A stretch of 64,000 bases of DNA from an uncultured Holophagales bacterium (GCA_963842525.1 CAWJGT010000003.1:224001-288000), one strand, 5' to 3'. Counted from the first letter of the stretch, positions 45,274 through 56,410 are shown. Numbers and translations: made by a program. Notes: generated by a model not told the origin, from the sequence alone.

Positions 45274-45520
45274 TCGGACAGTTCGCGCCACGGATCGGAC
45301 GGTTTGCGCCAGCGGTGGGACGGTCCATGAAGCGGGTCGGACAGTCCGCCCCGCAGGTCGGACAGATTGTACCGCGGAGCGGACAGTTCGCGCCGAAGGT
45401 CGGACAGTTCCCGCCGCGGGGTGACCGCCATCATATCCGGCGTGAACCGTCCGACCCACGGAGCAAACCGTCCGACCTGCTTTGGTGGCGCCCGCGAGAT
45501 CGGCGCGAACTGTCCGTTCC
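45274..45520. repeat. 21-nt-period array that reverses orientation
   Basis: Seven units starting (T/G)CGGAC(A/G)G at 45274-45420, then inverted units (ACCGTCCGAC, AACTGTCCG). Confidence 0.75.
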
Positions 45521-45639
45521 GGTCTGGTGGCCACAGCAAAACCGGAGCGAGGTTCCGACCTGGTCTGGTGGTCGTCCCAAAATCGGGTCAACCGTTCGCC
45601 GCCCCGAACGTCGCCGTAGAGACGCCTGGTCCGGGACCA

Positions 45640-45990
45640 CGAACCTCACGGCGAAGCCAAGCGAGAACGAGAAACCATTGGCGAAGATCGTCCCGGCCAG
45701 GGAAAAGGAAAACGAGCCGCACGCCCTTTCCGGGTTCCAAGGAGGCCCGAGGACGACGATCCGTTCTTCTCAACGATTGAGGAGATCGTGGAAAGCCGTT
45801 TCGAGCACAGGCCGAGAGTGCTGGGAGAAACCTCGGCCGCCCGCCAGAGGACGTCTACGCGGTGAACGGCTATCTGCTGGACACCAACGTTCTTTCGGAG
45901 CTCCCGCCAAAAGCCCCTGCCTCCAAGTTCTGGAGCGCATCCGCCGGGTTCCTGCGCTGACCACATCATCGATTTGTGTGCTGGCTTCCG
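45640..45990 (+). pseudogene. Degraded type II toxin-antitoxin module (Phd/YefM-like antitoxin + VapC PIN fragment)
   Basis: KPLAKIVP antitoxin-like motif; GTG 45862 MNGYLLDTNVLSEL...TTSSICV PIN N-terminus truncated at a REP element. Confidence 0.6.
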
Positions 45991-45998
45991 TCATGGAG

Positions 45999-46125
45999 CC
46001 CCCCCGCCGGGAGAGGGGGGACGCATTCGGAGCTACCGTGCCGGACCTCGCCGAACTGCCTCAGCAACGTTCCCCCTCTCCCGGGGATGGGCGGGTGGGA
46101 GATGGGGAGGGGGCCAGGGGTGAGG
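45999..46125. repeat. REP-like palindromic elements
   Basis: GGGAGAGGGG arm and TCCCCCTCTCCCGGG...GGGGTGAGG arm of the same family. Confidence 0.75.
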
Positions 46126-46650
46126 TCACGGCCACAGCCACCAGATCGCCGCCCCGCCCGCCAGCGCCAGCCCGAAGAGGACGGCGATGCGGCCGAACAA
46201 GGCCCAGCATGGCCCCGATCGGCGGCCGACGGCCCGAGCTGGCTCAGCGCCACGATCGCGACCTCGACCAGCACCCGGGCGAAGACCACCGTCGATGCGA
46301 TCATCACGACGAGAGCGGCCAGCACCGTCCGTGCACCCGCTCCGAACAGCTTGTAGGCTACGTACCCGGCCAGCGACAGGCCGACGATCAGCACCACCAT
46401 CCACCAGATCTGGGAGGGGTTGAGCACCCAGATGGCCCCATGTCCCGGTCCGGCAGGACCGGCAGGATGACCAGGGCGAGGAGGACGAGCTGCATGACCG
46501 CCGCAGGTCCTGCTCGCCGATCTTCCCCACGAACCGGTGGAGCGACTCCTTCAGATGAAGCAGGACCGCGACCGCGCCCCCCAGGACCACGGCGAACGCG
46601 AGCGGCGCGACGACCGTCAGGGCTCCGCCCGATTACATCACCAGGGCCGC
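46126..46650 (-). pseudogene. Internally deleted paralogous copy of the DUF4010 gene
   Basis: Segments [60 protein letters not shown] match 43928-44890 with blocks missing. Confidence 0.8.
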
Positions 46651-46943
46651 GAGCAGAGAGTGCCGTTTGCCTACGATGGCGCATGGCTTTATCTCTCTTT
46701 TTCTTTCTGCGCTTACTAGCTCGGAAAACCCTTGTCTTGCCGATCTGTTGCGTATAATCGGTAACGCGAAATCGCTCAACGAGACCGGGAATGGGGTAGA
46801 CCCCCGTCCCTGACAAGCGACAAGGGAGCCTGGAGAGAAATTTCTAAGTTCGTCCGTCCAATTTGGGAATAGCTTTGCGGCTGAAATGACCTAAGGGAGT
46901 GCGTGCGACATTGATACCAGGTTAATGGTAGAAAGGAAGAACG

Positions 46944-48445
46944 ATGGCGACTGACTACATTCTTATCTAGAACGGTTTGTTTAAAGCAAACCGCGTCAGC
47001 CACACCGACGGCAGCAAGGAGCAGAACGGTCCAACGCTGCAGCTCGCGTGCCATGGCGATTGTGCACTTGGCAATGTATGACGCCTACGCGGGCGTAGTG
47101 AAAGAGCCGGCGAAATTGCCACATTACATCACGCCCGCCACGCCGCTCCATCAGGTTCCTCCATCCAGGCAGCGGTCGGGGGAGCCGCGTTCGAGACCCG
47201 ATGACTCTCTACCGAGCCAGCTCGAGTCTTCGAGGACAAGCTCTTGATGCATGGCGATGGATCGAATCCCGGGCATGATTTCGGCCGGCAGGTCGGGCAG
47301 GCGATCTTGATGGACCGCGAGGAGGACCCGGCAGCAAGTCAAGGCAAGTACCGGCCCACAAGGGACGTGGCGGGCACCGAGTTGATCAACAACCCTAGCC
47401 AGGGGTTCCACGGACCGGCCTATGGTACCGCCAAGGCTTTCGCCCTCAAAGCCCTCCACAAGTTGAACAAGCCGCCCTTCGACGACACTGTCTACGAGAA
47501 GGCGCTGCGGCAGGTTCGCGCCAAGGGAATCAAACCGGAGTTGATGGGAGAGTTCCCGCCAATCTCCAAAACGACCGCCGCTCTGCGGAAGAGACCCTGA
47601 TCGGGATCTTCTGGGGCTACGACGGTGCCGCCGGGCTCGGCACGCCGCCGCGCCTCTACAACCAGATCGTACGGAAGATCTCGATCGCCAAGGGGACCAG
47701 CGAGCGCGACAACGCCAGGTTGTTCGCCTTCGTCAACGCCGCCATGGGCGATGCCGGCATCCTGGCCTGGGAGCAGAAGTACGTCCATGATTTCTGGCGG
47801 CCGGTGGTCGGAATAAGAGAGCACGACAAGTCGCTGGGCCCCATCGATGAGGGACAGCCGATGCCGGCGGCGGACCGGATCTCCAAGGACGCCGATCCCT
47901 CCTGGCTGCCCCTGGGCGCGCCTTCATCCAATTCGGCAAGTGCCTGCGTGATGACCGCCCAAGCGACCTTCCCATTCGCCAACGCGCAGTTCGGCCGGGT
48001 GAAGAACTTCACGCCGAACTTCCCGGCTTACCCCTCGGGCCATGCCACCTTTGGGGCGGCCGCCCTGCACATCCTTCGCCTCTTCTACAAAGTCCCCGCA
48101 GGAGATACAAACCCAGACACCCTGTTGAACGGGTTGAAGAACCCGGATGGCACGGACATCTTCTTCGTCTCCGACGAGCTCAACGACAAGACGCAGGACA
48201 ACAACGGCACAGTCCGCCCGCTCCACCGCCGCAAGTTCAAGGACGGTGTGTGGGACATGATCATCGAAAACGGATTGAGCCGCATCTTCCTGGGTGTCCA
48301 CTGGAGCTTCGACGCCTTCGCGGTCAAGGCCAACGGCGCACCCAATCTGTCGAAGAACATCGGCGGCGTGCGGCTCGGATTGGATATCGCGGAGGACATC
48401 TTCGCCTTCGGCGGTAAGAAGGCGCCGAAGAAGTCGTCGGTTTGA
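46944..48445 (+). CDS. Vanadium-dependent haloperoxidase (chloroperoxidase-like); 5' half disrupted by stop/frameshifts
   Basis: SSRAMAIVHLAMYDAY, FWGYDG..LGTPPRLYNQI, KYVHDFWRP, PAYPSGHATFG, SRIFLGVHWSFD vanadate-binding motifs. Confidence 0.85.
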
Positions 48446-48551
48446 GGGGGGAGCAACCTCGCAGGAGGGACGGTGCTGGGCCGTTCCTCCTGGGCTCACC
48501 CCATCTTCAATTTTCTCGCCTTGTGCTCAGGCCGACTTTCATCACAGGTCG

Positions 48552-49511
48552 CTAAGGCGGGTTATAAATACTCGCTATCTTGAGAAGATCAACACAGGCA
48601 TAAAACGGCGTGACAAAATGAAATTTTGCCTCAGCGGTGGTGTATGAGTAGAGTCCGAGCGCATCCCCCCTGTCAGCTTCCTTTTTTTCCATCACTGTGA
48701 GGGAGCCTGAGTCTCCCCATTGACCGAAATTCTGGCCTCTCACAAGAATCTGGTTATCAAACACGACTTTCGTCGGATTCATTCCGCTCATGGTGATCTC
48801 GTACGAGATCATCGCGGTCACGTCGAGTACTTTGCCATTCTTGTCACTCGCCAGATTTGTCACCTTTCTTTTCACAGTCTGCGGAGCATTCTGCTTTGTT
48901 ATGTACTTCCCGCTGATCCGCCCATCTCTCTTCAGATCGACCCTGCCCTCGCATGGATCGACCTCGTCCTCGCATGGCAGGAAGAGTGCGCAGTCCGCTG
49001 AGTTGCTTTGCCCTTGCCCGGTATTGAACCCGCCAAAGCGCCACGATTTTCCCGCTGGTTTAAAGTCGTTTGGTGGAGACAGGACCCTCACGACGTGCTC
49101 TTCTCGTAAGTAAAAAATGTGCTCCACTGTCAGAACGGCCTTCGTCGAATCTTCGTGATAGACAAAACAACCTACACATCCCGGGTCCCCATCTTGCGGC
49201 TTGATCACCGACGCGGGTTCCAGTGAAAATTTTTTTCTGACCGCCGCCAAAAGATTTCCAAAGAAAGTGAAAAACCCGTGTCTGATGGCCTCCATTGGCG
49301 GCGGAGCGGGCGTGCCTCTATGCAACTCGACGAAGTCCAAGAAATCGGCCTCGACGCTCTGAAGGGTGGCCAACGCCGCCTCGCGGTCAGTGTAGAAGAC
49401 GATGAGTCTTTCCTCGACAGGATCTATTCCCACCCCGTTGATGCCATCTGCAGTACCATTGACTATTCTGGCCTTTAAAGTTTTTTTCATCTCTTCGATT
49501 CGAGCGTCCAT
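48552..49511 (-). CDS. Trypsin-like (S1) serine protease
   Basis: Triad-like VLTVEH, SADCALF, GDSGSL; no signal peptide; lower GC. Confidence 0.7.
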   Translation of the reverse strand: MDARIEEMKKTLKARIVNGTADGINGVGIDPVEERLIVFYTDREAALATLQSVEADFLDFVELHRGTPAPPPMEAIRHGFFTFFGNLLAAVRKKFSLEPASVIKPQDGDPGCVGCFVYHEDSTKAVLTVEHIFYLREEHVVRVLSPPNDFKPAGKSWRFGGFNTGQGQSNSADCALFLPCEDEVDPCEGRVDLKRDGRISGKYITKQNAPQTVKRKVTNLASDKNGKVLDVTAMISYEITMSGMNPTKVVFDNQILVRGQNFGQWGDSGSLTVMEKKEADRGDALGLYSYTTAEAKFHFVTPFYACVDLLKIASIYNPP

Positions 49512-50473
49512 TATCTGAAGCCCTCAAAGTAACCGCCAGTACAAGGCTTTTCTGTTGCCCCCGCCGAATCGTCTCTGGGAACCGGCACACGCCAGCAAAG
49601 CCATCGACTGGTTTCGCTGGAGAGGCCATAGAACACTTCGAAATCCGGATCGGGAATTCGTTGAACTCTCCTTGGGAGGATCGGATCTGGTTGAAAAAGG
49701 GCAGGGATCTCTGTCTCTGTGTGTACGATGTCGATCCGCAGCACACCCCTTTCTGGGATTTTTAGTATGTAGTCGGAAATATCCGGATCGCCGCTTTCTT
49801 TCCAGATCATGCTCTTGATCGTCACCTCATACCAATCGGCCGGCAGGCGAACCTTCCACGTCAGTTGGTTTGCTAATTCTCTTTTCCAAACCCGCTTTCG
49901 ATATTTGGGAGTGCCAAAGAAGGAATAGACGTAACCAAAATCAACTTTATCGCGCTTGTTTCTAAAAAAGCCGGTTACTGCCAAGTCGCCAGTGGTTAAC
50001 TGAAACGCAGCGGACAGGCCTCTCCTGTCGAAGTCTTTGCTCTTGGGATGGAACCGGAGAGATGCGTATCTATGTTTTGGCGAGATTTCCGACATCTGCG
50101 GCATATAGCACTTCACGTCGGGATGTATGGTGATTTTATTGGTTGGGAAACCAAAATCGAGTTGCTCTCCAAGCAAGAGGATAGCCGCTTGAGCCGGTGG
50201 ACGAGTATCCACCGCTTTCTTTGCGTACTCCCCATCCTGAAAGAGAGCTTCTATTTCGCCGGTAGTCTTATCCTTGTCAATTAGATCTTCGTTGACGATC
50301 AGAAAACCGAAGTGCGGGCTGCGGGCCGGCAGGAGGTTTTCGATGGGGCGCCACCGCGAGGGAGTGGGTACGAGTGCGTTCGGCATCAGCGCCCATAAAG
50401 TATCACCGTCGGGAACGTAGGCGATGGCTCCATGCAAACGCACCTCTAGGTACTTAGTTGATTCTTGATGCAT
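49511..50473 (-). CDS. Hypothetical protein (about 320 aa)
   Basis: RBS AAGGAGG before ATG 50473; TAATG-coupled to the protease gene; lower GC. Confidence 0.65.
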   Translation of the reverse strand: MHQESTKYLEVRLHGAIAYVPDGDTLWALMPNALVPTPSRWRPIENLLPARSPHFGFLIVNEDLIDKDKTTGEIEALFQDGEYAKKAVDTRPPAQAAILLLGEQLDFGFPTNKITIHPDVKCYMPQMSEISPKHRYASLRFHPKSKDFDRRGLSAAFQLTTGDLAVTGFFRNKRDKVDFGYVYSFFGTPKYRKRVWKRELANQLTWKVRLPADWYEVTIKSMIWKESGDPDISDYILKIPERGVLRIDIVHTETEIPALFQPDPILPRRVQRIPDPDFEVFYGLSSETSRWLCWRVPVPRDDSAGATEKPCTGGYFEGFR

Positions 50474-50543
50474 GCTTTTTCCCTCCTTGCTTGGAAACGT
50501 ATCTCGCATAGCCGGCCAGGAACCTCCAGCTTCGCTTCCCGCA

Positions 50544-53500
50544 TCAGATCCCACTCTCAATCACCTCCACTCCTCCCCATGTCCACGGCCGCTCTTGCCA
50601 ATCCTCGATCTCCTCTCGCGCCTGCCGCACCGCTGCCGCCGCATCGCCCAACTGGCGGCACGACCTGTGGAACATGGGAAAGTAGCTCGCCGCATCGTCG
50701 TCATCAATCTTCCAAAGGGTCCCGACTACGGCTCTTGCGCCGCTGGCCAGGAACGGTCGCGCCAGGCCGCCGAGGCCTTCGCCGCTGCTCCGGCGACGCT
50801 CTCGCAAGCCGAGAGGACGACCAGGGGCCGGCGCGGCAGGTCGGGAAGCTCGCTGCCAGAGCCGGTCCAGATTGACAGTCTCTTTCTCAAAGGCCAGCCA
50901 ACTCCACTCGCTGCGGGTCGAGTTCGCCGAGGCGTGCGTCGCAAGATGGAGCACATCGGCTCTCGGTGCGCACCTGCGGAAGCTCGCCCAGTCGTTGGCC
51001 CGGCAGCGGTCCGAAGCAGCTCCTCCATAGACCTCGCGCACAGCATCGGACTCCCCGACCGCCCGGGGCAGCGGATCGAGACCGAGAGCCGGATGAAATG
51101 AGGCGAAGCCCAGGCTCAGCACCGGAAGCCCCTCGTACGTAGGAACGGCGCGCCGGCCCTGCACAAAGCCTAGGAGTTGGCGCACGCTCGGAGCGAAGGA
51201 TAGGAGGAATATCTCATCCAGATAGCCGCCGGAAGCTGGATTCCACAAAGCGCGGAACGGCACGCCGTATAGCTCGGAATCGGGAATCAGGATCACTCGC
51301 TCCGTTCCTGCCGGCAGGCGTTCCAGGACGGGTGCAAGGAGTTCCTCAAAAAGCGCTCCAGAACTGCGCTTCCAGGCATCCAGTTCGCGCTCCCGCGAGA
51401 GCGAGCGGATGCGTTGGCCGAGCTTTTCTTGAAGAGTGAGGATCACCTGGTCCAGGCGCCCTCGGCTAAGGATCCACGCGACGGCCCGCTCGCCGAAAAC
51501 TGCGTATTCGACGATGGCCGTATCCGCCGGCACGGCGGCGGTGAATCGGTCCACGTCTTTGCGCCCGGGTAGCCAGAGCTCGGCGCTCCTGCGGGGGGCC
51601 AGGCGGTCGCGCATCTCCTCGGACAGCAAGAAAGCGGCCGGGCTCGGCTTGCTCCCGGCCGCATCAAGCTCCATCTTCAGAAGCTCCTCGTAGACTTGTC
51701 GCAGCTCGCTGGGTGAGCGCCTCTCGGCGCGCTCCGGCCGAAAACGATCGTTCTGATCCCAACGCCGGAATAGCTGGAGCCCGGCCCAGTATTCGGCAGA
51801 TGCCTCCTCCGGGCGGTCGAGCCGCTGGAGGACTTGGGCTCGCGCGGCCCGCGCCCGCGCCGCGGGAACCGCGAGCCCCCTGGCCTCGTAGCCCGCCGCT
51901 ACCTGGTTGAGGAGCTCGGCGGCCTCTTCCCGCTCGGTCGTGGACCTGTCGTTACCGGCCAGCCAGCGCGCCCGCGACGTGGTGAGGTCGATCTCCGTCC
52001 GCTCCTTGCCATCAGAGTCCGGAGCGGCAAGCAACAGCTCCCCGGCTTGGTTGAGGGCGTCCTTGGCAGCCGCCACGTCCGGTGTGAGGGCAGCTACCCG
52101 AAGCCAGGAATCCACCGCACACAGGGGCCGGTCGGGAAGATCTGGGCAGGCGTCGGCCGCTTCCATTCTCAGCTCGACGGCCGCTCGGCTAAACCGGCCG
52201 GCCGCCGCAGTGGCAGCAACCACATAGATGGAGTACCGATCCCAAGGATCCACCACCCACGATGCAGCCAAGAGCGCAGCAGCCAAATCCGTCGACGACT
52301 CACGCTCCCGACCAAGCAACCCGAGCAACTCGGCGATCATCGCCGCAATGACCGAAGAGGTTTCTCGATCACCCAGCGCCTCGAAATGCTGTCGGGCATC
52401 CCGATAAACGTCGACCGCCGCCTCCAGCCGGCCCTCCAAACTGATCCGAAAGGCGGCAATGCGCCGCGCCTCAGCCGCGATGGAAGGAAACCGTCCCCTC
52501 TCGGCCGCCAGATCGAGATCGTGGAGCTCGGCCCAGTCCGGCTCCGTTATCAGCCAGGCCCGCAGTACTCGGGCTCGCAGCTCAAAGGGACTTGTCGCGG
52601 CCCGAAAATCCGCAATCGCACTTTCGAGGAGCGCGAAGGCGGCGCCCGTCTGCTCTTCTCGCGCGCGCGAGCAGGCACGGCCAAAGGCTTGGTGGCCACG
52701 AGCTAGCCGGTCGAGTCGCGTTTGGTCTCCAGCCTGTTGGGCCTCGCGGATCGCGGCAGCACTTGCCGCCAGAAGCCGGCCGCCGTTTCCAGGAAGAGTC
52801 GATGCAACGACCTCGGCATCGGAGAGAGCTGCTTCGGCATTGGTAAGAGCTGCCGCGGCATCGGCCTGTCGGCTGGCGAGAAATTGTTCCGCCCAGCGAG
52901 TGAGGAGAATCCTCTCGCCAACCAGACGGGCAGCCCATGGATTTCTCTCCACCGCGGCAAGATCGATTTCCGGAGTCGCAAGTAGCTCGCTCCAGGACCG
53001 GCTCGAGGGAGCCTCCTGCTCCAGCCGGTTGAGCCGCTGTGCCGCTTCCTGAGCCCAGGCGGATCTGGCGTCCTGATCCAGGTAACGCCGCCAAGCGGCG
53101 ATAGGCCGGGCACGCAGTCCGAGTCTTTCGAGGGCGAAGGCTTGGTTGAACAAAGCTGGCAACGAGGGTTCCAACTGCGCCGAGCGCTGGGCCAGTTCGA
53201 CGGCTTCAAGCGCGGGCCACGGGTCTCCCGTGACATCGCTCTCCGCAAGCAAAGCCGCCGCAAGGTCATTGAGGAACCGAGGATCGTCAGGTTTCTGGGC
53301 GAGGGCTCTCCGAAGCAAGGCGACTGCCGCGTCTGGTTTTCCATTCAGAAGGTTAAGAACGGCCAGTGCTGCCCGGCTCTCCGGTGAAGCATTTCGTGCA
53401 TCGGCCGCCCTCTGAATCGCCACAGAGATCTTGCGGGGAACAGGCAATTCGTGCGAGGCCTCTACGGCCGAAGCGGCGTCTCCACGAGTTGAGGTCGGAG

Positions 53501-53796
53501 CACCCCCGGCCTTGGTGGAGGGCCGACTCGTGGAAGATGGGCGGCGGTAGGGTCTGTAGGAGCTTCTCCCCGGACACGCGCCCTTCGATCGGCCGAGACG
53601 GCCCGAGAGAGTCCAGCAAGCGCTGATGGTCCTTGCTGTAAGCCTGCTCACTCCCAGGCTCCGGGGCAAGAAACTCCTTGAGCGGAGTCAGGGCGAGCAG
53701 CCCAACGAGGCTGAGTCCAAGGAGTGACCACCGCAAGGCTCGCCGCAACGCGCCTCCGATCTCTCGACGTGTACCAGTCTCGCGGAGTGCGCCCAT
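50544..53796 (-). CDS. Membrane-anchored TPR + CHAT domain protein; frameshifts near both ends
   Basis: N-terminal TM and SRPIEGRVSG (ORF 53353..53847); FLNDLAAA TPR; CHAT VLHLATHA, VVLSACES (shifted frame), VGTLWKIDD, PWTWGG. Confidence 0.8.
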
Positions 53797-54077
53797 CCAC
53801 CAAGGGTGGGCCCGGCACAAAGGCAGACTGGAGTCGATACAAGACACAAGATAGCACGGGGCTGAAGCGTTCGTCGAGCTGCCGAATTACCGCCGATGCT
53901 TATCCAGATCTCATCCTAAAGGTAGACGGACGTTGCCGCCGTTTTCCGAAAATCCCAACCAGAGATTGGACATAATGCCTCTTAGTCACACTACCTGGTG
54001 AAGCCGGGCTACACATCAAGAGCACCCACTTCTTATACAATCGACCCGTTACTACGGTCTCGTCGCCAACCTCCTCC

Positions 54078-54878
54078 ATGGCCACCCTCCCCTGCCCCCC
54101 CGAGCTGACCCCTGAGCAGCTCTTCCTTGCCTACCTGAAGGACATCCAGGAGGCGGCGGCCCGCGCGTGCCGGCGGCATCGGCTCAGCCCAGAGGCCGCA
54201 GAGGATTTCCCCTCCTGGGCCATCGAGAAGATCATCGACGACGACTACGGCGTCATCCGGAAGTTTCAGGGGAAGAGTACTTTTCGCACCTACATCACCA
54301 TGGTCGTCCAGCGCCTGATGCTGGATTACAAGAACCACATCTGGGGGAAGTGGCGGAAATCGGCGGAGGCGGAGCGGCTGGGACCGGTGGCGGAACGGCT
54401 CGAGGTGCTGCTGGTCCGGGATGGGGTGCCGTTCGAGGAGGCCTGCGGGCTCCTGCGGACGAACGAGAAGGTGGAGATGTCCTGGGAGGCTCTGGCCGAC
54501 TTGGCGGGGAAGCTGCCTTTCCGCAATCCGCCCCGGCGGATGGAGCGGGAGGAGGCGCTTCTGAATCGGCCGGGAGGCGAGCTGGATCCGGAACGGCGTA
54601 TGCTTTGGAGGGAGGATCAGGCCCGCTGGCAGGAGATCCTAGCCCTGTTCGCTGGGATCCTGAAGACTCTCCCCAAAGAGGACCAGGTCATCGCCAGGAT
54701 GCGAGGCGAGCAGAAGGTGGTCGACATCGCCAGGTGTTTGGGATTGGACCAGAAGTCGCTGTATCGCCGGCTGGAGAAGATTTTCGCGACTTTACGCGCC
54801 GAGCTCGAGAAACGCGGGGTTACTACGGAGGAGATCCGAGAGATCCTCGGATTCCCGGAGGGCCACTTCGATGCCTGA
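54078..54878 (+). CDS. ECF-type sigma-70 factor
   Basis: AEDF, FQGKSTFRTYITMVVQRLMLD region 2; DIARCLGLDQKSLYRRL region 4. Confidence 0.82.
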   Translation: MATLPCPPELTPEQLFLAYLKDIQEAAARACRRHRLSPEAAEDFPSWAIEKIIDDDYGVIRKFQGKSTFRTYITMVVQRLMLDYKNHIWGKWRKSAEAERLGPVAERLEVLLVRDGVPFEEACGLLRTNEKVEMSWEALADLAGKLPFRNPPRRMEREEALLNRPGGELDPERRMLWREDQARWQEILALFAGILKTLPKEDQVIARMRGEQKVVDIARCLGLDQKSLYRRLEKIFATLRAELEKRGVTTEEIREILGFPEGHFDA

Positions 54879-54971
54879 CTGGCCGACCCGGGTAATCCTG
54901 GTTCCGCGTCCGTCCCATAGGGTGAATGAGCTTGTGCGCCAGAAACTTGGCGCAGTCTCCTTGCTGGAGTA

Positions 54972-56018
54972 GTGATGGATTCTTCTAGCGATACATGCCT
55001 GGCAATGGATGCATGTCCTCCCCTAGAGGACATTGCGGCCTTCCTGGACTGCACACTTTCGGCCGAGGAGCGGGATCGGATCGTGGCCCACCTCGCCGAT
55101 TGCGAGACCTGTTATGAGATGTTCGCCGGGGCCGCGGACTTCCTGACAGGCAAGCCGAAGGACCTGGAGACCATGACCGAGCCGGAGGGAAAGGTGGTGC
55201 GGTTCCCTTTCCCGAGTAGGACGACACCCCCCAGGTGGCTTGCTGCGGCCGCCGCAGCCGCATTGGTTGTGGTGGTCGTTGGGGGCGGATTCGTTTACCG
55301 CGACATGTACACACAGCCAAAGTTGGCCGTGGCCGAGTTGACTGAGCCGGTCTTGAGCAAGGCTGGAATCGTTGGCCAGCTTTACGATTGGTCCCGATTC
55401 CGAGGCCTCGGGAGCCCGAGTGGGTTCGAAGAGGAAGACGCCCGACGCGCCTTCATAGTGGGTGCCCGTCTCGTGGACCTCGGCTTGAGCTCCCACGTCG
55501 GGGACGTCGAGCAGACCCAGGAGGCCCTTCGGGCAATCGGTGAGCAACTCGACAATGCCCTTCTGATGGACGCCATGGCAAAGCGCTATCTCGCCGAAAA
55601 GGAGAAGGTCAAGACGGCATCGGACGCTCGGGAGATCGCCGAACAGATACAGGCGAGGGAGAGAGAATTAGAGAGCGACGAGGCCTCGACACTACTCCCC
55701 GAGTATCTCGCCTTCGGCAAGTGGGCCGAGTCGGGCCACGTGGCCGCCGCTCTCGAAAATCCTGCGTTCTTCGAGGACCGCACCAACCGGCGTTTCCTTT
55801 CATGGCTGCTCCGGCAGGAGGAGGAACCGGAGCAGCCGGGTGCTCTTCAGCTCCTCCTCTCCCGGCTACAGCACCGAGGCGAGATGCCGCTGGATTCAGA
55901 GGTCCTCGATCCTCTCCAGAGGATACAGGACACCCTGGCGCAGGGCGATCTCCAGAAGACGGACTATGAAGCCCTGAAGGCGAGCTTCGACAGCATCATT
56001 GGGCATTACGACATCTAG
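54972..56018 (+). CDS. zf-HC2 anti-sigma factor, membrane anchored
   Basis: CPPLEDIAAF..HLADCETC, TM WLAAAAAAALVVVVVGGGF. Confidence 0.82.
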   Translation: MMDSSSDTCLAMDACPPLEDIAAFLDCTLSAEERDRIVAHLADCETCYEMFAGAADFLTGKPKDLETMTEPEGKVVRFPFPSRTTPPRWLAAAAAAALVVVVVGGGFVYRDMYTQPKLAVAELTEPVLSKAGIVGQLYDWSRFRGLGSPSGFEEEDARRAFIVGARLVDLGLSSHVGDVEQTQEALRAIGEQLDNALLMDAMAKRYLAEKEKVKTASDAREIAEQIQARERELESDEASTLLPEYLAFGKWAESGHVAAALENPAFFEDRTNRRFLSWLLRQEEEPEQPGALQLLLSRLQHRGEMPLDSEVLDPLQRIQDTLAQGDLQKTDYEALKASFDSIIGHYDI

Positions 56019-56026
56019 ATTCGTCT

Positions 56027-56410
56027 GACTCGCGATCGATCCAGCGTCACCCTGAACGCGTATCGAGCGACCTGGATGCATTTCGGGTCACCTGGATCGA
56101 TCCAGCGTGACGCAGAACGCGTTCCGGGCGACTCTGGATGCGTTTCGCGCGACCTCGATCCATCCAGGGTGCTCGATACGCGTTACGGGTGACCGGGATC
56201 GATTCAGCGTCACCCTGAACGCATAACGCGTGCCCTGGATGCATTCCGCGTGAGCCGAAATCCATTCAGGGTGACCTGGACGCGTTTCGCGAGCTCGATA
56301 GCGATCCAGGATGACTTGAAACGCGCTGCAGGTGACTCTGGATCGATCCACGTGGCTCTGAACGCATGCACGTGACTCTGGATCGATCCAGGTGACTCGA
56401 AACGCGTATC
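56027..56410. repeat. Degenerate 20-21-nt tandem array with 3-unit higher-order period
   Basis: Cycling GATCGATCC.. / AACGCGT.. / GATGC.. units between convergent genes. Confidence 0.8.

Noticed and set aside
56027-56410. Possible CRISPR array (also 28420-28800 and 45274-45520)
   Set aside because: Period of about 21 nt is too short and units are degenerate tandem copies, not repeat-spacer
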